The position numbers and the translations under genes were made by a program. A model generated the notes under the pieces. That model did not search any database. It had not been told where the DNA came from and saw only the letters and a program-made list of their open reading frames with translations. A DNA stretch of 38,583 nucleotides from Octopus bimaculoides (Eukaryota): the NCBI RefSeq assembly GCF_001194135.2, contig NC_068983.1, forward strand, positions 150,645,414-150,683,996, in the 5' to 3' direction. Below, in pieces: positions 11,275 through 23,645 of the stretch (within the stretch, counting starts at the first letter, position 1; each line of letters begins with the position of its first letter).

Positions 11275-12029
11275 TTGGTACCACCTAAAGGAAAAATCCC
11301 AAACAATGAACTACCTCCTCTTCATGGATGATTTGAAAATGCATGACAAGGATGAGACACAAGTGAGTTCCTTGGTGAACACGGTCTACTGTTTTAGTAC
11401 TGATATTAGAATGGAATTTGGACTCAAGAAGTGCGGAATAATCTACCTAAAAAGGGACAAGATACAGTCCCTAGCAGGGATATAATTACCGAATAGAGAC
11501 TTGATTAAGCAAACTGAAACGGAAGGATACAAATGCCATGGTATTCAACGAAATAATGGAGCAACTGAGGATGCAGTATTTCCGAAGACTGTGGTTAGTG
11601 TTGTGCTCAAAATTGACTGAATGGAATAAAACCCAAGCAGTTAATACGTAGGCGATAGCATCGCTTCGGTATGGAGCGGGAATTATAAAATGCCAAAAGA
11701 GAGTGGTGAAGAAAATGGATACTAAGAACAGAAAAATTTTGACAGTAGACGGAGCCTTCCACCTTAAAATATCAGAACCTTGCCATTGAGTTACAGAGAC
11801 TGTGGAAGGTGCGAGGAAGATATATCCCTGTAGTTATAGGTGCATTAGAAACTATCCTTAAAGATTTGAACAGGTGGGTAAAGGAAATAGGCATAAAGAC
11901 CAGTTTAGTACAGCTCCAGAAAACAGTGTTATTAGGGACAACTAGGATACTTAGGATGGTTCTTGGCATCTAAGGTTACTTGTTGTAGCTCGACGTTAGG
12001 ATATTTTCTTTTCCAACAGTCTAATCACC
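11275..12029 (+). mobile_element. R4/Dong-type fragment E5 (RT catalytic region fused to RLE C-terminus by internal deletion)
   Basis: MNYLLFMDDLKMH...VYCFSTDIRMEFGLKKC (FMDD at 11321-11332), ...MDTKNRKILTVDGAFH | KYQNLAIELQRLWKV..IPVVIGAL...LQKTVLLGTTRILRMVLGI* (stop 11971-11973). Confidence 0.93.
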
Positions 12030-12160
12030 GTGTCGCGTACATATGGCTGTGATTCATGTGCCTGGTGTACCCTTATCAGACGGGTAGTCATGATGGGTAT
12101 ATTGGGCTTCGTATATTTTACCCCAGTGTTAGTTTGATGGCATGCGCTGCGCTCTCACCC
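12030..12160 (+). mobile_element. Retroelement 3'-end module ending in (TAA)n, copy 2
   Basis: Homologous to 5311-5414 and ~28 nt longer at the 3' end. Abuts the E5 UTR with no TAA array between. Confidence 0.75.
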
Positions 12161-12188
12161 AATAATATTAATATTCATAATAATGATG

Positions 12189-12234
<46 letters not shown>

Positions 12235-12305
12235 TAATAATAATAATAATAATAATGATAATAATAATGATAATAATAATAATATTGATAATAATAATAA
12301 TAATA
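12161..12305. repeat. Imperfect (TAA)n array
   Basis: Direct read. Confidence 0.93.
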
Positions 12306-12395
12306 AAAAATTGAATGCTTGATTGTATCCCAACATGCCCACAGCCTTCTGTTCGGTAACAAGTAAAATTACAAAGAATATACATGTACAAATGT

Positions 12396-12396
12396 C

Positions 12397-12428
<32 letters not shown>

Positions 12429-12429
12429 C

Positions 12430-12461
<32 letters not shown>

Positions 12462-12727
12462 CGACGATGATGATGATGATGATAACGATGACGACGACGA
12501 CGATGATGATTATGATGATGATGATGATGATGATGACGATGATGACGACGGTGATGATGACGATGATGATGATGATAACGATGACGACGACGACAATGAT
12601 GATGATGATGATGATGATGATGATAACGATGACGACGTCGACGATGATGATTACGATGATGATGATGATGATGATGATGATGAAGATGATGATGATGATG
12701 ATGATGATAACGATGACGACGACGACA

Positions 12728-12767
<40 letters not shown>

Positions 12768-12770
12768 CGA
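12396..12770. repeat. (GAT/GAC)n array with higher-order periodicity
   Basis: GATAACGATGACGAC variants start at 12481, 12574, 12622 and 12706. Confidence 0.92.
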
Positions 12771-13702
12771 GTACGAACGAAAACGACGGAGATAAAATTC
12801 CTTTATTTGCAACGAGGGGGTCTCGACAACATTTACAAAGACAAAAAACAAAGACAAACAAAAGAAAAAAAAAAAAGCTTCCGCGACAAACATACAATAA
12901 CAAAACAAATGAAATAAAAAAAAAAGAGTCAAGTAAAACAAACAACCCATACTCCATCACATCATTTCTGTCAACCCCATCCCCACCCCGCGAAAAAACA
13001 ATAACAAAAACAAAAGCAAAGACAAAGCAAAAAAAAAACAACCAAAAACCAATAAACAAATATAATAAGTAAATGGCAAAATAAAATTTAAAATAAAGAT
13101 ACGGCAACAATCAAGAAGGCAATTTGAAAAAATATAACCACCGACAGAACGCGTTTTCTTTCGTCTCGTTTTCGTTTAAATTATTTTGTACCTGAGGGTA
13201 ATAAACAACAGTTGGCTGTATCGAGAAGGTTCTTTCAGTTTTGGTAAATACTGTCTGTATGTCCCTATATGATGTAGATGGTGGCGTTGTCATAGTCGTC
13301 GTCGTCATCGTCGGCGGTGGTGGTAGTGGTGGTAGTTGTAGTACTAGTAGCAATTGTTGTTGTTGTTGTTGCTATTGTTGTTGTTGTTGATCTTTCCAGA
13401 TTCGGCGCTAAATAAGTTTGCAAAGAAGCGAAGGCTCATGGGATACCTTTCTTATATTGAAAGCAATGTTTTCCATTTCAGTTAATAGTGCATACTTTCG
13501 CATACATACATACATACATACATACACACACACACACTCACACACACATACACGTACCATACATTCACACATGCATGTAACTGGCGCACACATATACACA
13601 TATGCACGCAGACCCAAACGCATATTGAAATATTCTACGCATATTCAACATAAGATATTTGAACGACAAAACGCACATATACATATATCATAATTTGAAG
13701 TA

Positions 13703-13704
<2 letters not shown>

Positions 13705-13778
<74 letters not shown>

Positions 13779-13933
13779 NNNNNNNNNNNNNNNNNNNNNN
13801 NNNNNNNNNNNNNNNNNNNNNNNNNNNNNNNNNNNNNNNNNNNNNNNNNNNNNNNNNNNNNNNNNNNNNNNNNNNNNNNNNNNNNNNNNNNNNNNNNNNN
13901 NNNNNNNNNNNNNNNNNNNNNNNNNNNNNNNNN

Positions 13934-13986
<53 letters not shown>
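13705..13986. repeat. (CA)n spanning gap 13779-13933
   Basis: Direct read. Confidence 0.96.
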
Positions 13987-13987
<1 letters not shown>

Positions 13988-14522
13988 TTTCAAAATGGCT
14001 TAAATGAACATAAAGAACACACACGCATGCATTTATAGAATTATGCACTTAGATAGATATATAACCGCAAAAAACTTCCGGACGCATTACGCATGACCGG
14101 AACACAAAATACTTCACTTTCTGCTGTGTGTCATTCGAACAATCACACACTCGCTCACATACATACACTCACACATATGGCACACATACACGCACATATA
14201 TGCACACACATATACATATAGAAACACACACATATATGCACACACATACATTCCTACTTATACATTGCATCATGTATGCAACCATATGTTCTCACACAAA
14301 CAAATAGAGAAATGTATACAGAAGCACACACTCCTTCCTCCGCACTCATATCCACACATACACACGCATGCATTCACAAGCCCCCTTATACCCTAATACA
14401 ATCACGTGCATGCATTTACACATACATGCTTAAATATATACACACACTGAAAGACAGTGTATCAAGACAATAGCACACATTATTCTTTCACAAATTTTAT
14501 GGCTAAGCTTCTCCTAGTGTGT

Positions 14523-14559
<37 letters not shown>

Positions 14560-14864
14560 TGTGCATGCGTACGTATGTGTGTATGTACGTTCGTGTGTAT
14601 GTTCATTAAAGAGGGGGCGACAGAGAGGAACAGATTGACGTATAGCGAGGGTAAGAAAACTAAATGTCGAAGTTCGCGAATGTTTATCAGTCTCACAGAT
14701 GCACACAAACGCACAAACCACACATCTATGCATACATGTACACACACACACAGGTACACACAAACATATACACACATACACACACTTCTCACATAGTCAC
14801 ATACATTCACCCTGTTTCGTTGGCTTTCTCTTCCGTCTGTCTACGCACACTTTTCAGTTGTATT

Positions 14865-14914
<50 letters not shown>

Positions 14915-15094
14915 AGACACACACACACACATACTACGCAGCTCTTTATAGTCACCTTATCTTTATATATAGCCTCTTGATCATTAATCTGAGTTACTGT
15001 TCAAACTGAATGGACACAACTTTAGAAATAACTACATAAAGCAAAATGTCCACCGCTATTTTAGCGTCATGCAAGTATGTGTGGTGTATTTCAG

Positions 15095-15213
<119 letters not shown>

Positions 15214-16234
15214 NNNNNNNNNNNNNNNNNNNNNNNNNNNNNNNNNNNNNNNNNNNNNNNNNNNNNNNNNNNNNNNNNNNNNNNNNNNNNNNNNNNNNNN
15301 NNNNNNNNNNNNNNNNNNNNNNNNNNNNNNNNNNNNNNNNNNNNNNNNNNNNNNNNNNNNNNNNNNNNNNNNNNNNNNNNNNNNNNNNNNNNNNNNNNNN
15401 NNNNNNNNNNNNNNNNNNNNNNNNNNNNNNNNNNNNNNNNNNNNNNNNNNNNNNNNNNNNNNNNNNNNNNNNNNNNNNNNNNNNNTATATATATTTATGT
15501 CTTTTAATGTTACCTAAAATGGACACATTTCTTCTCTGTCCCCGTCTCCTCACGTATTATTTCCAGCTGTCTCTATCATATAACCACTTCTAATTGAAAG
15601 AGCTGCTCTCAAGGCACAAGTGCTCGTTAAGTGGTCAACGCTTATAGCTAAATCGTTACTCTTTCCCAGAACAGTTACATAGAAAAACCTTTCTCTATTG
15701 CATTTACTGACACGAACAAGATGATATATACGTAAAATAGAGAGGAAAAAAAAGTCATAAAAATCCTCTGCCCATTATGTCGCTGATAAATACTAGCCCA
15801 AAGCGAGTATATTAATAAGTCATATCTTATATCGTAGCTAAACATAATCTAAAAGTTTTAGCATGATAAAAAAAAAGCCATCCATCTACTTCTCAACCTT
15901 TACAGCTAGTGTTTTTTCTTTTGAAATAGGCTCCTTAGATCATACCACCAGTGTCGTGATGTTCACGACATAGATTTTAGTGTCATAAGTGAAATTGGTT
16001 TCTATCTGAAATGAAGTTGGATGTATGAACTTGTTTATCTGGCACCTCACTTTACAGTAGCTGTCTTTCTTATAGTTAAGCCTGAATGGCTATTCTCGTG
16101 TATCATAGGTATGTACGAAGTGGAACTACTACCAAGACAAATGGTGTTGTCATGGATTGAGATGTGTAACTTAATGTACCAGTGTGAGTGAGATACTCCT
16201 GTGATATCATAACAGCTAAATATTCACTCGCGTT

Positions 16235-16327
16235 GGCATAGACATAGCTGTGTGGTTAAAAGACTTGCTTAGCAACTGCGTGCTTCGGGATCAGTTCCAG
16301 TGTGCGGCATCTTGAGCAAGAGACTTA
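16235..16327 (+). mobile_element. Decayed CORE-type SINE head
   Basis: ACATAGCTGTGTGGTTAAAAGACTTGCTT...TCAGTTCCAGTGTGCGGCATCTTGAGCAAG aligns to the head and CORE start. Confidence 0.65.
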
Positions 16328-16334
16328 TGCCACA

Positions 16335-16800
16335 GATCGTCTGTTAAAAATCCTCTTGTATTTATGGTTTACTGGGAAATATCGGAAGAGTTTTAATAGA
16401 CGATCGATTAAAATATTTGCTGCCTCAGTACGAACATTTTCATTTGCAAACATTGCCAAGAGCCCACTCACAGTTGTAACTATCAAAACCATGAATCTTG
16501 CCCACTTGATCAGGCGTGTATGATAAAGGTGATTTCAGAAGACGTTATGAAAACCACCTATCTTGGTTCCGGCACATCGACAAAAGTAAAAACCACTAAG
16601 TTGGCTAGCTACATATGGGACTTGAAAACCAATGTTACATCACAAAAAATCAAGTGGAGAATCGTAGAGAAGTCCGTGTCATATGCTAATGGATCTAAGA
16701 TATGCAACTTATGCGTAGCTGAAAGATTGTGTATTCTTTTTTAGATTTAAGAATTCCACAGTACCCAATAGAAAGGAATAAAGGAAAAACATTATGCCGA
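16335..16800 (+). mobile_element. Penelope-like element relic (end of RT linker + GIY-YIG domain, catalytic motif deleted)
   Basis: Across frameshifts: KYRKSFNRRSIKI...; SCNYQNHESCPLDQACMIK; DFRRRYENHLSWFRH..TKLASYIWDLK..IKWRIVEKSVSYANGSKICNLCVAERLCIL. This matches the PLE pattern CNC..CPL..C / F..RY..H / LS.YIW.LK / W.I / C.LC..EK. Confidence 0.8.
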
Positions 16801-17150
16801 GGCTAAAAAAATGGCAAAGATGTATTTAAACAACACAATATAGCAACATCGCCTTCAATAAACAACACTAACGTTATCGACACCATCACGACGACGACGA
16901 CCACCACCTAATTTATCCTCATACCAACAGGCAGCACACCTCCGCTTACATCTGTAACAAAGTCAGTAACTACACTAGCCATAGACACAAGCAATAAAAA
17001 TTAATGTTTCACATATATATTTGCATGCAGACATTACAAACGATGACTACAGTACACCACTGAATAGCATACTTATACACATTAAAAATCACCAGAACAA
17101 CACAAAACGCATACAACCTTTTAAAGACCAAATCGCCGGAAAGAATAAGA

Positions 17151-17297
17151 CTTTTCTGAGTTCAAATGAAGCTGGGGTCGACTTTGACTTTCATCCTTTC
17201 GGGGTCCATAAATTAAGTACCAGTTTCGTACTGGGGTCAATGTAATCAACTGGTTCCCTCCCCAAAAATGTTAGGCCTTGTGCCTATATTAGAAAGG
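17151..17297 (+). mobile_element. SINE, GTCGACTTTGCCTTTCATCC type, 5'-truncated, tail type A
   Basis: CTGAGTTCAAAT...GGTCGACTTTGACTTTCATCCTTTCGGGGTCCATAAATTAAGTACCAG...CCCCAAAAATGTTAGGCCTTGTGCCTATATTAGAAAGG. Confidence 0.85.
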
Positions 17298-17410
17298 GCT
17301 TCTTTCAGTTTCTGTCTATCAAATCCACCTACAAGGCTTTGGTTGGCCCGAAGCTATAGTAGAAGACACTTGAACCCGGAACCATGTGGCTGGGAACAAC
17401 ACTTGCGCTT
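17296..17410 (-). mobile_element. CORE-type SINE with ~25-nt deletion, abutting the previous SINE
   Basis: GCTTCTTTCAGTTTCTGTCTATCAAATCCAC...GCTATAGTAGAAGACACTTG|AACCCGGAACCATGTGG; the CCCAAGGTGCC..GGGACTG segment is missing. Confidence 0.8.
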
Positions 17411-17418
17411 ATACATAT

Positions 17419-17466
<48 letters not shown>

Positions 17467-17856
17467 CTGACTACATACACACATGTATATATATAAATGA
17501 ATTGTATATAATTAAGCCTACCGACGGATATAAAGATTTATGTAAGTGTATATTTACATACACACACACACACATACGCACCCACACCCACACATATATA
17601 AGATCATCACTCCCAAAACCCTCTCTTACATGTAAATTAAAATATATAATTATAATATCTAGTGGAGTCAAAAAATAATGCTGACAATCCAATTTAGGAA
17701 AATTTTATGAAAATGTTAAAACGGCTCTCGATAATATATCATAGTCATCACACGCCATTATCTTCTCTCTTCATCTTCGTGTTTCTCAATCACCTCTCAA
17801 ACCTTACCTTTTCTCTGATAAAGCAGTAAGTTCAATCACATAAGCGTATTGAATTG

Positions 17857-17858
<2 letters not shown>

Positions 17859-17903
<45 letters not shown>
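17859..17903. repeat. (ACT)n microsatellite
   Basis: Direct read. Confidence 0.95.
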
Positions 17904-18029
17904 ACGTCATTAACATTAAATAATGATATAAAGTTTTTATGGTTTTCTATATACATTTCTCAACTCTCCCTTTTCACCTTTCTCCCTCGCTCTTCTCTTC
18001 TCTCGTTGTGTACTTGTGCGCGCGTTTAT

Positions 18030-18069
18030 GTGTACGTATACACACACACACACATACACATATATGTAT

Positions 18070-18144
<75 letters not shown>

Positions 18145-19547
18145 TATATACATATATGTATAGCACATATACACGCGCATATCAATAAATATGTGAGTTT
18201 TTAAGTGTGTATGTGTATACATATGTATANNNNNNNNNNNNNNNNNNNNNNNNNNNNNNNNNNNNNNNNNNNNNNNNNNNNNNNNNNNNNNNNNNNNNNN
18301 NNNNNNNNNNNNNNNNNNNNNNNNNNNNNNNNNNNNNNNNNNNNNNNNNNNNNNNNNNNNNNNNNNNNNNNNNNNNNNNNNNNNNNNNNNNNNNNNNNNN
18401 NNNNNNNNNNNNNNNNNNNNNNNNNNNNNNNNNNNNNNNNNNNNNNNNNNNNNNNNNNNNNNNNNNNNNNNNNNNNNNNNNNNNNNNNNNNNNNNNNNNN
18501 NNNNNNNNNNNNNNNNNNNNNNNNNNNNNNNNNNNNNNNNNNNNNNNNNNNNNNNNNNNNNNNNNNNNNNNNNNNNNNNNNNNNNNNNNNNNNNNNNNNN
18601 NNNNNNNNNNNNNNNNNNNNNNNNNNNNNNNNNNNNNNNNNNNNNNNNNNNNNNNNNNNNNNNNNNNNNNNNNNNNNNNNNNNNNNNNNNNNNNNNNNNN
18701 NNNNNNNNNNNNNNNNNNNNNNNNNNATATATATATATATAAAATCATTCATAGACACACATAAGTACACATACACATGAATTTATTAATAAATTCACTT
18801 ACTTATATCTCTTTTCTTCTTTCTTATCCCACCGCCCACTCATCTTTATCATCAACCTTAGCTACTCGGCTTCTCCTCTCTACTGCGACATCATCCGTTT
18901 TGCGCTCTCTTCATCTGAAGCATTTAAAGTGTTATGTTTTTATTAGAAATTACATACATACTCCATAAAGCCATGGAGTATTAAGAAATAGAGAGGCGAA
19001 TAGTGATAAATAAGAAGGAATAGTGATGAATATCTGATAATAAACTTCAGCAATGTTGTCATTTATATCAAATTATCATTGCAGAACAAACGATTTCCTG
19101 TTCCGTAAAAACGAAAAAAAACAAAACAAAGCAAAACAAAACTAAACAAAACAAACAAACAAACAAACAAACAAACAAACAAAAAAAAAACGCGTTTCTT
19201 TCTATTTATGCACGCTGTCAACACATATACACACGCGCAAGAGCATACGCACATACACATGCACAGACACACATGTGCCGACACACACACATGCACACAC
19301 GCACACATGCACACATGCACACGCATGTTTATATATGTACATAATTGTACTAATGTAAAAATGTGCGTATATGTATACACACACATACACTCGCACATGT
19401 GTATATATAGAAACACACAAACATGCATATATATGTATTTATATACATATATACATGTATATATATATATATATACACACGCATATATATATACATATAT
19501 ACATATGTATATGTATATGTACATATCTATCTATCTACACACACATA

Positions 19548-19607
<60 letters not shown>

Positions 19608-19635
19608 ATAGACACAAACACACACACACACACTC

Positions 19636-19674
<39 letters not shown>

Positions 19675-19761
19675 CACATATATATATATATATACATACA
19701 CATATGTATCTATATATCTATACGTATATATATATATGTATATGCAGACACACACATACAC

Positions 19762-19798
<37 letters not shown>

Positions 19799-20133
19799 TA
19801 TTTATATATACAAACAGGCGCATTCACACTACCAAAATGGCGGATTGATAAGTCGTGCGATATTAGACACAATAAACAGAACGACCAAGTGACAGTTGTT
19901 ATTATTTCTCGGGCGATCTACTGTTTGTTAACTAAATCACCCATTAATAGAATTCGCGTTCGTTAACCGAATAGTTTGTGGCCAGATTTCTTTGCTAGCT
20001 GGCAGCTTATATTTGTGTTTATATGAAGAGCGATAAGACGAAACGGATAAGTAAATGAATTTGTATGGAATATATTTTGTCTCTTGATTTCATATACAGA
20101 ACACGCTAGGCTATGTAATTGAGGGGATGATCG

Positions 20134-20204
<71 letters not shown>

Positions 20205-20309
20205 GAGTGAGAGAGAAGAGAGAGATGTATAGAGATATTTAGCGATAAGGAGAGAAATGTATGTATATATATGCATATATACATATATATATATATACAT
20301 ACATATATA

Positions 20310-20342
<33 letters not shown>

Positions 20343-20400
20343 GAAGAATCAAGATGTATTATAAACGTGTATATGTATGTGTATACATACATACATACAT

Positions 20401-20439
<39 letters not shown>

Positions 20440-21034
20440 NNNNNNNNNNNNNNNNNNNNNNNNNNNNNNNNNNNNNNNNNNNNNNNNNNNNNNNNNNNNN
20501 NNNNNNNNNNNNNNNNNNNNNNNNNNNNNNNNNNNNNNNNNNNNNNNNNNNNNNNNNNNNNNNNNNNNNNNNNNNNNNNNNNNNNNNNNNNNNNNNNNNN
20601 NNNNNNNNNNNNNNNNNNNNNNNNNNNNNNNNNNNNNNNNNNNNNNNNNNNNNNNNNNNNNNNNNNNNNNNNNNNNNNNNNNNNNNNNNNNNNNNNNNNN
20701 NNNNNNNNNNNNNNNNNNNNNNNNNNNNNNNNNNNNNNNNNNNNNNNNNNNNNNNNNNNNNNNNNNNNNNNNNNNNNNNNNNNNNNNNNNNNNNNNNNNN
20801 NNNNNNNNNNNNNNNNNNNNNNNNNNNNNNNNNNNNNNNNNNNNNNNNNNNNNNNNNNNNNNNNNNNNNNNNNNNNNNNNNNNNNNNNNNNNNNNNNNNN
20901 NNNNNNNNNNNNNNNNNNNNNNNNNNNNNNNNNNNNNNNNNNNNNNNNNNNNNNNNNNNNNNNNNNNNNNNNNNNNNNNNNNNNNNNNNNNNNNNNNNNN
21001 NNNNNNNNNNNNNNNNNNNNNNNNNNNNNNNNNN

Positions 21035-21075
<41 letters not shown>

Positions 21076-21212
21076 GTACACATGCATATTTGTTTGTGTA
21101 TGTATATATATATATGTATATATATACATATATATATAATGCTATGCATACGTATGATTGTATGTATATCTGTGTGTGTGTTTGTTCAACACAGACACAC
21201 ACAGACACACAG

Positions 21213-21253
<41 letters not shown>

Positions 21254-21256
21254 CAA

Positions 21257-21302
<46 letters not shown>

Positions 21303-21727
21303 ATATATATATAATGGTAGAAGTGTAGTGAACAAACGAGAGAGAAAGAGAGAAAGAGAGATAGAGAAGGTAAGTGTGGTGTGAGAGGGGTGGAGTGAGA
21401 CGGAATATCAAATGGTGAACTCGGATTTAACTTCGAGATATCTCGGTTCGAGACACTAGTGAGGCAAAAAGCCGCCTCATTTTTGTTAAACAGAGATTGA
21501 TTTGATGAAAACTGAGGCAGTAGCAGCAGTAGCAGCCGCAGCAGCAGCAACAACAACAACAACAACAACACCACATACATTAGCTACAGCAACTGTAGAT
21601 TCTCTAGAGCATTGAAGACGAAGACGATGCTTCCACCATCATGCACACACGCACATATATTTGTTTGTGTATATGTGTGTATGTCTGCGAATGGGTGTGC
21701 ATATATGCAAAACACACGTGTACATAC

Positions 21728-21759
<32 letters not shown>

Positions 21760-22441
21760 NNNNNNNNNNNNNNNNNNNNNNNNNNNNNNNNNNNNNNNNN
21801 NNNNNNNNNNNNNNNNNNNNNNNNNNNNNNNNNNNNNNNNNNNNNNNNNNNNNNNNNNNNNNNNNNNNNNNNNNNNNNNNNNNNNNNNNNNNNNNNNNNN
21901 NNNNNNNNNNNNNNNNNNNNNNNNNNNNNNNNNNNNNNNNNNNNNNNNNNNNNNNNNNNNNNNNNNNNNNNNNNNNNNNNNNNNNNNNNNNNNNNNNNNN
22001 NNNNNNNNNNNNNNNNNNNNNNNNNNNNNNNNNNNNNNNNNNNNNNNNNNNNNNNNNNNNNNNNNNNNNNNNNNNNNNNNNNNNNNNNNNNNNNNNNNNN
22101 NNNNNNNNNNNNNNNNNNNNNNNNNNNNNNNNNNNNNNNNNNNNNNNNNNNNNNNNNNNNNNNNNNNNNNNNNNNNNNNNNNNNNNNNNNNNNNNNNNNN
22201 NNNNNNNNNNNNNNNNNNNNNNNNNNNNNNNNNNNNNNNNNNNNNNNNNNNNNNNNNNNNNNNNNNNNNNNNNNNNNNNNNNNNNNNNNNNNNNNNNNNN
22301 NNNNNNNNNNNNNNNNNNNNNNNNNNNNNNNNNNNNNNNNNNNNNNNNNNNNNNNNNNNNNNNNNNNNNNNNNNNNNNNNNNNNNNNNNNNNNNNNNNNN
22401 NNNNNNNNNNNNNNNNNNNNNNNNNNNNNNNNNNNNNNNNN

Positions 22442-22478
<37 letters not shown>

Positions 22479-22756
22479 ATATATATATATATATATATAT
22501 CTATATATCTATATATATATATATATCTATCTATCTATATATATATATATATCTATATATATACACATAAATACATATATGTATATATGCATATATATAT
22601 CTATTTACACACACGCTCATACACACACCCGAACACGCATACACACACGCATACACACACTTACACAGGATTTGTAGACCAGATTTCAGACAGATCAACG
22701 TATCAGAATCAATGAAAATTTGAAACAAGAGAGAGAGAGAGAAAGATAGATAAAAT

Positions 22757-22796
<40 letters not shown>

Positions 22797-23596
22797 ATCG
22801 ATAGAGAAGATAGATAGAGAGAAATAGAGAGAGTGTGGAGAGAGAGAGAGAGAAATAGGGGGAGTGTGGAGAGGAACATTGAAGAGAGATAGGTGGAGAA
22901 AGGGAGATAAAAAAGCAAAAAGAGACGTTAACGAAGTAAAGTGAAAGATTGACCCTACCCCAGAAAGAGAAGGGCAGAAAAATGCATGGATATACTGGGA
23001 GATCGATTGAGTGAAAGACCCAATAACAGTTAGAGAGAAAGAGAGAGGGGAGAGACAAGGAGAGGGGGGGGAAGAGAATGGAAGAAAGAGAACGTGAGGA
23101 GAAGAATGTTATTGGATAACAGGAAAAAGAAACGGTAAAAACAGAATCGGGGAATAGATTTAATCGTATGATTTTTCAAACCTGAAGGTGAATTTAACGT
23201 TTTTTTGGATGTTTCCCAGATTGTGTGGTGGGAAGGTTGGTGGTGGTGGTGGTGGTGGTGGTGTGTGTGTGTGTGAGGTTGGGGAGGAGGCGGTGTGTGT
23301 ACGTGTGTGTGTGAGTGTGTGTGGGAATAAACAACAGCCAACAAATGCAAATGCTATAACAATTACAACAGTCTCGACGTCTTCGTCGTCATGGTCGTCA
23401 TGGCCGTGGTCGCCATCATCATCATCATCATGAATAACAGTAACGACAGTAAAAAATACGTATATATGTGTATATATGTGTGTGTGTATATGTATGAATA
23501 TGCATAAATACTTGCATACACACACACACACACACATATACACATATTTATAAATATATATATACATATATATACATATGTATATATACCCCCTCC

Positions 23597-23645
<49 letters not shown>
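18030..23645. repeat. Microsatellite-dominated block: (CA), (TA), (GA), (AGAT), (CAG/CAA), with gaps at 18230-18726, 20440-21034 and 21760-22441
   Basis: Direct read; short unique islands at ~18780-19130, 19810-20110, 21390-21500 and 23040-23230. Confidence 0.85.

Noticed and set aside
13190-13290. Possible minus-strand exon ending CTCAG|GTAC
   Set aside because: No convincing acceptor, and its orientation is opposite to the better candidates.
21458-21485. Hairpin plus T-run resembling a rho-independent terminator
   Set aside because: Eukaryotic context, so the bacterial interpretation does not apply. It is kept only as a structural oddity in the findings.
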